Source: an uncultured Clostridia bacterium (GTDB lineage Bacteria; Bacillota; Clostridia; Christensenellales; Borkfalkiaceae). Taken from it: DNA of 63,826 nucleotides. Location of the stretch: positions 1 to 63,826 of the forward strand of contig CANQWI010000001.1 of assembly GCA_947627515.1 (NCBI GenBank). The letters run 5' to 3'. Position numbers and translations under genes: made by a program. Position 1 is the first letter of the stretch. The number at the start of each line of letters is the position of its first letter. Shown piece after piece: positions 1-9,700 of the stretch. The notes below the pieces were generated by a model. The model ran no database searches, was not told where the DNA came from, and saw nothing but the letters and a program-made list of their open reading frames with translations.

Positions 1-149
1 AGGAGACCCGCCTCATCTATGGCAATGAGGCCGCGCCCGATCTGAATTTTTCCCGCAAGCCCGCCCACGCCGAGCGTCTCACCGAGGCAAGGCGTGAGAA
101 AACGGTCCGCAAGGGCGCCAAAAAAATCAAAAAGTTACAGGAGCTCGCC

Positions 150-995
150 ATGACCGACGACGATCCCTCCACAAACTTTACCGAGATGGGGAATTCGGAG
201 TTTGACGTCCTCTTCGGTGCCCTCGACAGGGACAACGAGGTGCAGTTCCGTCTCCTCTTCACGCCGCTCGCGCAGAAGAACATGCTCGCCCTTCTCACGG
301 ACAGGGCGGGGTACGGCGACGATTTCTCGATGAAAAAGCGCGGCTGTCTCAATTTTATCCGTTCCGAGCACTCTGCCTCATGGGATCTCGACACAGACTA
401 CCGCCGCTACATGTCCCACAGCGCGGACCTCGCAAAACGAAAACTCATCGACTTCAACGCAGACTATTTCAAGCATCTCTACTTCGATCTCGCGCCCCTG
501 CTCTCCATCCCGCTGTATCAGCAGCACAAGCCGCAGGAGTTCCTCTATCCCGAGAGCTATCACCGCAACTACACGCCGTACGAGAGCGAATTTCTCGCAA
601 ATGAGGTCGGGCAGGAGGCCTTTTGCCATCCCAAATCAGGCACGCAGGCCATCCTGAAGACGGAATTTTTGGAAAAGGAGGGGGGATGCGACCGCATTCT
701 CGTCACGGCCTACTCCTTCCGCACCGAGGACAGGGTGGAGCTCGTTACCAAGCTCGGCGGCGACGGCAACCTGCACGCCGTTCCCGTCCATTGGGTGGAA
801 TACATCCCCGTGCAGCACAGTGAGACGGCGGTCATGAAGGAGCTCGGCCTCACGCGCAGGGAGTATGAGGGTGCGCTCGATACTATCAGGGAGGCCACGC
901 CAAACGCCGACTATCGCGGCTACAGGCACGGCATCCTCTGCTGCAGAACGACAGACGAGGGGAATTCTCTCGAAAATCTTAAATTCAAAAACTAA
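150..995 (+). CDS. hypothetical protein; the reading frame stays open back to window position 3, so it may be 5'-partial
   Basis: ORF of 281 aa with AGGAG 6 nt upstream of ATG150. The same frame has no stop from nt 3 and keeps a coding-like composition. It lies 13 nt upstream of the LemA-like gene. No family recognised. Confidence 0.6.
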   Translation: MTDDDPSTNFTEMGNSEFDVLFGALDRDNEVQFRLLFTPLAQKNMLALLTDRAGYGDDFSMKKRGCLNFIRSEHSASWDLDTDYRRYMSHSADLAKRKLIDFNADYFKHLYFDLAPLLSIPLYQQHKPQEFLYPESYHRNYTPYESEFLANEVGQEAFCHPKSGTQAILKTEFLEKEGGCDRILVTAYSFRTEDRVELVTKLGGDGNLHAVPVHWVEYIPVQHSETAVMKELGLTRREYEGALDTIREATPNADYRGYRHGILCCRTTDEGNSLENLKFKN

Positions 996-1008
996 ACGGA
1001 GGTAAATT

Positions 1009-1680
1009 ATGGCAAACGAACTCGACGAGCTCAGCGGTCCCACGATGGAGGAGGGACGCGATGTCAACGTCATTGCAAAGCAGCTCGAGGTGAAGGTGGG
1101 GGTCGGCTCCAAGATCTTCGACATCATGTGGTGGTTTCTCCCGCCCATCATCGGCGGCATTATTTGGACGGTGATGAAGGTAAAGGCAAAAAATCACTTC
1201 CAGCAGCTCCAGCAGAAGCTCCAGCACGACGCTTCCCAGATCGACAACTATCTCGAGCAGCGGGTGCAGATCCTCAAAAATTGCGCACGGCTCCTCGACA
1301 AGGCCATCGACCTCGACAAGGACACCTTTACGAGGATCGCAGAGTACCGCTCCTCGGCGGGCGCGACGGGGGACGCCGCGAGAAACGAGCTCGCCACGCA
1401 GATCGAGAACATCGGCCGCTCGGTGAACATCGCCTTTGAAAACTACCCCGACCTCAAGGCCCACCGCGAGCTTGCCGACGCGATGCAGCAGAACAGCTAC
1501 CTGCAGAGGGAGATCACTGCCGCCCGCGAGGTGTACAACGACACCGTGAACACATGGAACCGCGACGTCTTTGCTTGGCCGACCAAGCAGATCGTCGCCG
1601 CAAAGGCGGGCTACACGACGCGCATTCCCTTCATCGCCGACCGCGAGACCAAGGAGGCCGCCCGCGGGACCTTCTTTTAA
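1009..1680 (+). CDS. lemA: LemA family membrane protein with an N-terminal extension
   Basis: GGAGG RBS. One TM helix (IFDIMWWFLPPIIGGIIWTV). LemA-like core: NYPDLKAH...LQREITAAREVYNDTVNTWN...WP. Confidence 0.75.
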   Translation: MANELDELSGPTMEEGRDVNVIAKQLEVKVGVGSKIFDIMWWFLPPIIGGIIWTVMKVKAKNHFQQLQQKLQHDASQIDNYLEQRVQILKNCARLLDKAIDLDKDTFTRIAEYRSSAGATGDAARNELATQIENIGRSVNIAFENYPDLKAHRELADAMQQNSYLQREITAAREVYNDTVNTWNRDVFAWPTKQIVAAKAGYTTRIPFIADRETKEAARGTFF

Positions 1681-1702
1681 AAATTGTGCATATGTGCAAA
1701 AA

Positions 1703-1727
1703 ATGACGGCTCTGCCGTCATTTTTTA
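1703..1727 (+). terminator. rho-independent terminator after lemA
   Basis: Stem atgacggc / gccgtcat with a 3-nt loop, followed by a T6 tract. Confidence 0.7.
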
Positions 1728-1739
1728 TGTCTATTCCTT

Positions 1740-2040
1740 GGCTCCCCTCATAGGGGAGCTGTCGCTTTATGCGACTGAGGGGTTTGGGTGAAATGAGGAA
1801 GAGGCGGCGTCATGATGAGCAGCAATGTCCGAACAGAATCTACGGGAGGTCCGAAGCATCTCGTCGCGCCTGTTTACGGACCCGACGCGAGATTCTTCGG
1901 GTCAGGCCCCGTCCTCTCATCCTGCTCTGTTTCTCAGAATGACGCGGCGGCCCTTTTTCGACGGGCCATTCTGAACTGGTCATGGTGAGCACAGTCGAAC
2001 CATCACCTTATTTTTTAACCCTCCGTCGCACCCTCCCGTC
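1740..2040. repeat. intergenic cluster of REP-like hairpin modules (cluster C)
   Basis: Hairpins ctcccctcataggggag and ccgaag..cttcgg, plus one GTC-ATGGT-loop-ACCAT-CACC unit at 1979-2007. The same module types recur at 10.3-10.7 kb and 37.6-38.3 kb. Confidence 0.5.
1979..2007 (+). repeat. REP-like hairpin unit, copy 1 (stem ATGGT/ACCAT)
   Basis: gtcATGGTgagcacagtcgaACCATcacc. Confidence 0.6.
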
Positions 2041-2041
2041 C

Positions 2042-2683
2042 TCACCAAACAAACTTGGCGCGGGAGGACTCGCCGTTGTCGACAATGAGGTCCTGCGCGG
2101 TCATGGACTTGTTGACGACGGCAAGAAAATACACCCATTCGGCGATCTCCTCGGGGGTCGCCCATTTTTTGAGCGGCGTCTCGTCCATGATCTGCCCCCA
2201 CAGCGCGGGGTCGTTCATGACGCGGTCATTGAGCGCGGTCGTTACGCCCCCGGGGGAAAGGCTGTTCACCGTCCCGCCCCACTCCGCGGCACGGAGCGCG
2301 ACATTTTTCATGTACGCCACAACGCCGCCCTTGCTCGCGGCATAGGCCGGAAATTCAGCCCCCGTCGAGGCACTCGCCGAGGCGATGAAAACCACGCTTT
2401 TCGGCATATAAGTTAAATATTTTTCGGTCACGCGCATGGTGCCCTTGAGGTTGACCTCGATGTCTCGCCCGCTTTCCTGCACGCCCGCATTGTTGATGAG
2501 AATGTCGATTTTTTCCTCGGGCAGCGGCCCGTCAACAATGTCTGTCACAATGTGCCGATACCGCGGATGCGACAAAAATGGGGGTACCATGTCCAGACCC
2601 AGCACCTCATGTCCCATGTCGAGAAATTTCTCCGCGATTGCTTTTCCGATGCCCTTACTCGTCCCCGTGATCAGGATCCGCAT
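2042..2683 (-). CDS. SDR family oxidoreductase (short-chain dehydrogenase/reductase)
   Basis: N-terminal TGTSKGIGKAIA (TGxxxGIG cofactor motif), NNAG, and the catalytic YAASKGG (YxxxK). Confidence 0.85.
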   Translation of the reverse strand: MRILITGTSKGIGKAIAEKFLDMGHEVLGLDMVPPFLSHPRYRHIVTDIVDGPLPEEKIDILINNAGVQESGRDIEVNLKGTMRVTEKYLTYMPKSVVFIASASASTGAEFPAYAASKGGVVAYMKNVALRAAEWGGTVNSLSPGGVTTALNDRVMNDPALWGQIMDETPLKKWATPEEIAEWVYFLAVVNKSMTAQDLIVDNGESSRAKFVW

Positions 2684-3443
2684 CTGTTTTTCCCTCCGAT
2701 TTTTCCTCCGCGCGAAGCAGCTGGAAATACGCCTCGCCTACACCGTTTTTGCGCCATATGTTGCATATTTTATACCCGAGAGGGGAGAAAACCGCCTCGC
2801 ACAGCAGCTCTGCGACCATCCCCGTCAGGGCGCACGTCACGCACTGCAGCATCGTCCATCCGAAGAAGACATTCGACACGATCAGCGCGAAGATGAGATT
2901 GTCCGCAAACTGCCCGATCGCCGTCGAAACGTACGTCCTGCACGCATATGCCAAAAATCCGTCGGGCCGCTTTTTGAATATTTTTCCGACCCCCCAGTTT
3001 GTGAAGTTATTGACGACTGCCGACGCCAGAAACGCCACCGTGCTGCCGAGCAGGACATACCATGTCCCGCCGAACGTCCCGTCGAGCGCGGTATTGATCA
3101 CGGGCTCCTCGCCATAGTCGTAAAACGCGCCCCATGTGCCCGGGATAAGCGAGGAGAGGTAGAAGATGAGGCACATGCCGAGGTTGATGAGTACCGCCAG
3201 CACCGAGACCGTCGTTGCGGCCTTGGGCCCGAAGTGCTTGGTGAGAACGTCCATACATAAAAAAGACACCCACGACACGGTGATCCCGCAGTCGAGCGCA
3301 AGCCATTCGAGGGGAATGTTCAGGCTCTTGTTTGCGAGCAGGTTCATCGCGAATACGCTCAGAAGAAAGAGCGCGAGCGTGAGCGGGGGGACGTTGGAGA
3401 GGAGTGTTTTTGTCTCTTTGATGAAATTTTTCAGCGCTTGCAT
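2655..3443 (-). CDS. yhhQ: VUT family (DUF165 / YhhQ-like) queuosine-precursor transporter
   Basis: Polytopic membrane protein with the VUT-like motif TAIGQFADNLIF. Start chosen at MQALKNF (ATG 3443) with AAGGAGG 8 nt upstream, not at the longer track ORF (3545). A preQ1-I-like element lies immediately upstream. Confidence 0.8.
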   Translation of the reverse strand: MQALKNFIKETKTLLSNVPPLTLALFLLSVFAMNLLANKSLNIPLEWLALDCGITVSWVSFLCMDVLTKHFGPKAATTVSVLAVLINLGMCLIFYLSSLIPGTWGAFYDYGEEPVINTALDGTFGGTWYVLLGSTVAFLASAVVNNFTNWGVGKIFKKRPDGFLAYACRTYVSTAIGQFADNLIFALIVSNVFFGWTMLQCVTCALTGMVAELLCEAVFSPLGYKICNIWRKNGVGEAYFQLLRAEEKSEGKTDADPDHGDE

Positions 3444-3453
3444 GATCGCAAGA

Positions 3454-3492
3454 CCTCCTTGTTTTTTTCGGATGGTTTGGCAAGGAACATCC
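3454..3492 (-). promoter_or_regulatory. preQ1-I-type riboswitch candidate that sequesters the RBS
   Basis: The minus strand reads GGAUG-UUCCUUGCCAAAC-CAUCC-GAAAAAAACAAGGAGG. This is a 5-bp P1 stem, a loop, and an A-rich tail running into the SD. It has the same layout as the B. subtilis and T. tengcongensis preQ1-I aptamers and sits in front of a YhhQ-type transporter. Confidence 0.7.
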
Positions 3493-3501
3493 TGATTGCA
3501 C

Positions 3502-3530
3502 AGTATACACGATTTCGCCCCGTCTGTAAA
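3502..3530 (-). promoter_or_regulatory. sigma-70-type promoter for the riboswitch/yhhQ unit
   Basis: Minus strand: TTTACA, 17 nt, TATACT. It lies directly upstream of the aptamer. Confidence 0.55.
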
Positions 3531-3672
3531 GCGTTTTTTGCCCATTTTGCAGAAAAATCCGCGCTAACGGACACCCTTTCCATATAAGTAGACGCGAAGG
3601 GAAAACCGTTCTTTTTCGGGATTCTTATAAGAAAAGTTTTTGCATTCCTTGTAGTAAATTTTCAAAAGGATA

Positions 3673-3701
3673 TTGACAACGCTGTTTATATAATGTAGAA
3701 T
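3673..3701 (+). promoter_or_regulatory. sigma-70-type promoter for the 2150-aa surface protein gene
   Basis: TTGACA, 17 nt, TAGAAT. The -10 hexamer ends 59 nt upstream of ATG 3761. Confidence 0.5.
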
Positions 3702-3760
3702 AAGAATGATTTAATACAGTCCGTGCTCTGTGGGAAACGGGGTAGGACGAAGGAGACTAT

Positions 3761-6700
3761 ATGAAACAACAGCTCACGCTCAGGCGCACGTTGCTCTTTG
3801 TGTTGCCGCTTCTGCTCTGTGTGATGCTTGCCGCGGCCCTCGGGCTGGGCACCGCCACACGAGTCGACGCCGCTCCGACCGAGCAATCCGGCGAGCACGT
3901 ACATTCGACTCCTCCCGAAGAGTTGGAGGTCGTGTACCCCGCTACCTGCGTCGTCCCCGGCATCGGTATTTATACCTGTGAAGAATGCCAAGAAGTCGTC
4001 CCCGTCATTCTCCCCGCGGATGGGTATTCCCACGTCACGTCGAAGGATAGCGGTGGGAAATGCATTTATTGCGGCAAAACTCCTACCGCCGCCTATGCAC
4101 CCGTGACAGTGGATGGGACTCAAACCACCGAGGCCGAAGCCGACCACTACGAGGTGAAGGCTGAAGAGGCCGGCGATGAGACCCGTCTTGTCATTCCCGC
4201 GGAATACAAGGGCAAGGAGGTCCACGTCGCCGACGAGGCCTTCAAAGAGACAAACGACATGATCACCGAGCTTGTCGTCGCGGCACCTCAGATCGGCGCG
4301 AATGCCTTCACGGGGTTGACAAATCTTACCGAGGTCACCGTCGAAGAGACTGCCAAGACGATCGGCGCGGGTGCCTTTGAGAATTTGGCAAACCTCGAAG
4401 AGGTCACGCTCGGCGAAGGCCTCGAGAGCATCGGCGAGAATGCCTTTGCGGGCACCAAGTATATTGAGAACGCCGAGAACTGGGACGGCAACGCCCTTTA
4501 CAACGGCACATACCTTCTCAAGGTGAGCGAGGACGCTCCCGTCGCACCGAAGGCCCGCCGTGCCCGCGCAAGTGAGGAAGCTCTCACCGAGTTCACGGTT
4601 GCAGAGGGGACCACGGTGATCGCCGACGGCGCTTTCAAGGGTCTTAAAGATCTCACTAAGGTCACCCTTCCCGCGACAGGCCTTAAGACCATCGGAGAAA
4701 ACGCCTTCGACGGCACAGGCCTTAAGAGCATCTTCCTTCCGAAAGACATCGCAAATGTCGCAGGCTTGAATTTTAGTCTCAAAATTTACTACGACGGCCC
4801 CGCACCTGCAGAGGGCGTTTGGGAATACGAAGGCAAGCTCGGCAGCGCGACCGTCTACTTCTTCTCCGACAGCGAGCCCACGGTAGCGGGCAACTTCTGG
4901 CACCGCGACGCTGAAACTCAGGAGATCGTGGAGTGGGCCAAGCTCACAGAGCTCGAGCTCGCGGATTATCAGGAGGTCCTCTACAGGGGCAACGAATTCA
5001 CGACAGGCGAAAGCTTCAAGGTCAACGCCATTTATGACGACGGGACAAAGAGGGAGAGCGTCCTCGGCTACACGGTCGACTCCTCCGCTGTGAAAATGGA
5101 TACCGTCGGTACATATGAGGTCAAGGTCACCTATCTCTATGTAGAGGCGTCCTATACGGTCACAGTCCGCGAGGGCAATCACAAGGTCACGTTTGTCTTT
5201 GGCAACGGCACCCCCAATGATGTTCACGAAGAGATCCCCGACGGCAGCACCGTCACCCTTCCCGAGGCTCCCACTCGCGCGGGCTACACGTTCGCAGGCT
5301 GGCAGATCGGCGAGGACGGCGAAATCCGGCAAGAAGGCTCCGTCACAGTCACGAGCGACCTCACCGTCACGGCTCAGTGGACCCCGAAACAGCCCGCCAT
5401 CTCCTTCAGTTGGGCAGACGGCGAGACCCACGACGGCGTCACCGCAAATGCCGTGTTCGACGCAGAGGCTGAGACCTATACCGTCACGGTCGAAGGCGCA
5501 CCCACCAAGCTCGGCTACAAGCACACAGGCTACAAGGCCACCCTCAATGGCGGCACCGACGGCCTTACCGCGCAGGAGGACGGCAGCTTTACTTTCAAGA
5601 TCGCCGACGATATGGCCCTCGTCCTCACCCCGACGTGGGAGCAGCTCTACACCGTCAACGCTGCTGTAGCTTCCCACGCTAAGGTAACCTTCGAAGATCC
5701 TCAAGCCTATTATGCAAGCGGCGACTCCATCACCTTCACCGTAGCGGTTGATAAAGGCTACAAGCTCGTCTCCGTCAAGAACGGCGAGACCGATCTCATC
5801 GCAGGCGAAAACGGCACCTACACCGTCACGGTCGGAAACGCCAACATCCTTATCACCGTCGAGACCGCCGAGGTCACGGTCACGGTTACGTTTGTCGAGG
5901 CCGATGGCGTCACCTTCGGCAATGTCAAAGCAGAGATCACCTATGCCGACGACCGCACCACTGCCACGGTGAAATTGACAGGCGACCCCGTCAATGAGAA
6001 ACCGCACACCCGTTTCGACGGCTGGACCGTTTCGGGCTACACCTACGATCCCGAAAGCGGCCTCACGCTCGACCTCACCAACGCCGACCTCGAGCTCATC
6101 TTCTCTGCCAAATACACCCAGCTCTACACGGTGCAGACGAATATCGCTGAAGGCAACATCGTCACTGTCAGCTTTGACCCCGCCCTGCAGAAGGAGTACG
6201 AGAACGGTGCCACCGTCACCTTCACAGTCGAGCTTGTGGACGGCTATAAGCTCGTCTCCGTCAAGAGCAACGGCTCCGAACTCACCGCAGGCGACAAAGG
6301 CGTCTATACCGTCACCATCAACAACGAAAACATCACCATCACCGTCGAGACGAGACCCTTCGGCGATCCTCAGCTTCGGTCCTTCGACAAGGCAGAGCTC
6401 CGCAAGGATGGGGACGACAAGGTCTACCTCGTCCTCACCCTGACGATCGACGAGATCACCCTCGAGAACCTTCAGAAAACCACTTGGCTCGACAACAAGT
6501 TCCAGAATAACTCCAATCTGCAACGTTCCGTGGATGTGGAAAAGGTCGAGCGTCTCTCCGCAGGGAATCAGTTCGAGCTCTATTTCAACATCACCGCTTC
6601 CATTCCCGACGGCGAATGGGTCAGGGCACGTCAAATCACCATAAATGGCAAAGAGTATAGCGCGCTCCCGACAACGGTCGAATTCGGCGAGACAACGAAC

Positions 6701-9700
6701 ACCTCGACAGCCGACGGGACGACCTACACGCTGGCGAAAGAGGGAGACTCCTTTGTCTACTACCTCGTCACCAAACAGTACACCGTTACATTTAATTACG
6801 CCTATCCGAACGAGGAGGCGAAGAGCGAGAGCCTTAAGGTTACCCACTCCAAGGACCACACTCTGTCAGGCGACCTGCTGAATCCTGCCAAAGAGGGCTA
6901 CACCTTCCTTGGCTGGTTCAGAGATAACGCTGAGCCTGAGGAAAAAATCGAGGGCAACAAGATCACGAACGTCCAAGAGGATCGCTCCTACACTGCAAAG
7001 TGGCAGATCAATCAGAACAAGATCGATTTGACCCGCGGCGATGAGTATGGCGACACGGCAGGCTCTCTCACCTGGGAGCCCGTAGGCGAGACGATCGAAT
7101 CCTTCAAGGGTCTCACTCTCACGCTCACCGTCAACGAGGGCTACACCGCGACCGTCGTTGTCAACGGCGTACCCGTTGAATCATTGAAGGAAGTAGAACA
7201 AGGCACTCACACCTACACGATCGAGCGCGTCGTTTCCGACGTTAAGATCGAGCTTACCTTCACAAAGGTTGGCGCGGCGAAGGTCCGGCTTACCGTTGAA
7301 GCGGTAGCCGCAGGCACTGCCGTCAAAGAGGAGGAGCTCGGGACCGCCCTCACAGACATCAACGGACAGGGCGATGTGGAAGTTGGCACCTCCAAGACCG
7401 TCACCTTCGTTGTCAAGGACGGCTACGGCGTGGTCGAGATCAGCGGCACAGACGCAGAGCCTACGACCGAAGTCGTCGCAGGCGGCATCGAATACACCTT
7501 GAATGTTTCCGTCGGCGAAGAAGCCGTTACGATCCAAGTCAAGATCGGTAAGAGAATTAAGGTTAACGGCCCCGCAAAAGGTGTTTGGAGTTTGAATAAA
7601 AATAACTTCCAATTCGTTGAATACGATTGGGAATGGTATACCGATGGCCAAGTGACGACCCTCTATATCTACGATGTCGGCTCAATGAGCGAGGAACTCA
7701 TTCAGAGCACAGATTTCACAAACGTGAAACCTTATGCGACATATCAACTTAAAGCCTACGGCGATTTGAGTTGGGAGAAGATTGAGGGAGCAATCAACGC
7801 TGCTTTGGGCGATCCTCGACCGGAGAGCCTTACGCTTGCATTCGCATTGAAGAAAATGCCCAGCGCAGCAGAAGCAGAAGAAGGCTATATTGATACAGGT
7901 CTTTGCTTTGCGGTTAAAGTCGGGACCACGACCCGCGATACGAGAACATTTGAAATTAAGCCCGTTAAGCCGGACCCCAAGCTCACAAGCGTTTACAATT
8001 TGACGATTGTAGACACCACAATGGATTTCTACGCCAAGACGGAATACATGGATGCCACCACGATGAATGAGTCCAACACCTTCCTGAAGGTGGGGGACAG
8101 CGTCAGTATCAAGCTGAAGAGTGCTGAAAACTTTGATGGTAACACAAAGGTCCACTTCTACTTCGACCTGACGAATATCGACAAGGTCGGCAGCGGAGCC
8201 CTCTCCTTGGAGATCGCAGGCAAATCCTATCCCCTGACCGTTGACGGTACAGACGGCGATCCTTGGAACAAAGAAGTCACCGTCGGCAACTATAAGCTCA
8301 CCTTCACCGGCGACAAGGGCAGCCCCGCTTCCCTCACCATTGAGGATATCAAGTATTCCATCAAATTTAGTCAGGATGAGGACGCAACGGGATATCCGAC
8401 GGTTGAACCTGTAGCTAAGGGGAATCTCGTCAACCTTGATGAGCTTGCAACGCCCACAAAGAATGGCTTCAAGTTCTCCTATTGGTACTACCTCTCCGAA
8501 GGTGAAGAAGAAGAGACGAAGGTCAGCGGATCGATCGATCCTTCCGACCATGCCGCCAATGACAACGACGGCGACCCGTACACCCTTACCCTCTACGCCA
8601 AATTTGAAGCGGATGTGCAGGAGCAGGTCAGCGGCTCGTATACGATTACGATTGACAATGTTAAGAGTTATGGAACCAGTTATGCTAAATATGAATGGGA
8701 GATTTTGGACCAAGACAAAAAGACCGTGCTTATTGAAGGTAGTTTGTATGGTTCGGCAAGCACCCCGGTAGGTGGTGTAACCCAATTTATTCAGTTCTCT
8801 CGAGAGACAAAAAATGGTAAAAAGAGGTGGGCTTATTTCGTAAATAGTAAAGCGACGCCTGCTCCTATCACAGGAATTAGCATAACATATCAAATTTCAG
8901 GTACAAGTACGAATAAAATTCCCGAATGGAGTCTTATGACTTCCGATTCTGCTTACACAGTAAATGACAGCTCTAATCCGACTGTTTCCGGAAACTCTTC
9001 TTATGGCAAGAAAGCAATCACGGTATTTAATAATACAGCGGGTACAATCAAATGGGACAATTTTAGTGGAAGCGATAAATTCTTTGCACTATATCTCGAT
9101 GATGATATGATGACAGGTAAGAGTGCTGCGCAGGTCACGAGTATCACGATTGAGTACGGCGGTACCACGGGGGGGGGTGAGACTACTGATGCTGATCTTC
9201 AGAAGGCACAGCAGGCTCTTGATTCTCTCGTTTTAGTGGAAGCAGAAAGCGGAATCAGCGAAGAGGCATTGGTTGAGCTTATGACAGACAGCGAAGGCGT
9301 TACCTTCAATTGGACCCTTGATAATGAAGAGGAGCTTGGCGCAGTTGTAGAGTTTGAAGATGGAGGCCTCTTTGTATATCCTGATGCTCAAGAGCATGAC
9401 ATCAAGCTCAGCGTGACTGCAACTTATAACGGACAGACCACGGCTGCAAGACAGTTCACGATCCACGTTTCCGCAGTCTCCGGCGGCGAAGGCGGCGGTG
9501 ATGAACAGACCAAGACATGGCAGAAGCTGACAAATGTCTCTGATTTAGAGGATGGGATGCAGATTCTACTCACAGCTACCCTTAGTGGCACGAAATATTA
9601 CAGTGGATCATACACAGATAATAGAAATAGCAGTACGAAAAAAGGTTATTTTGCAGCAATAAAAGACGCAAATTGGAAAGAGGGCTCACAGGCCTTGCCT

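Noticed and set aside
2436-3260. 274-aa plus-strand ORF opposite the SDR and VUT genes
   Set aside because: It is antisense to two motif-supported genes and has no RBS or recognisable motif.
3686-6859. 1057-aa minus-strand ORF opposite the 2150-aa surface protein gene
   Set aside because: It is an antisense shadow ORF of a high-GC gene. The translation is a monotonous G/V/D/A/R-rich string with no signal, motif or RBS. The plus-strand frame has a signal peptide, recognisable LRR and InlB repeats, a promoter and a terminator.
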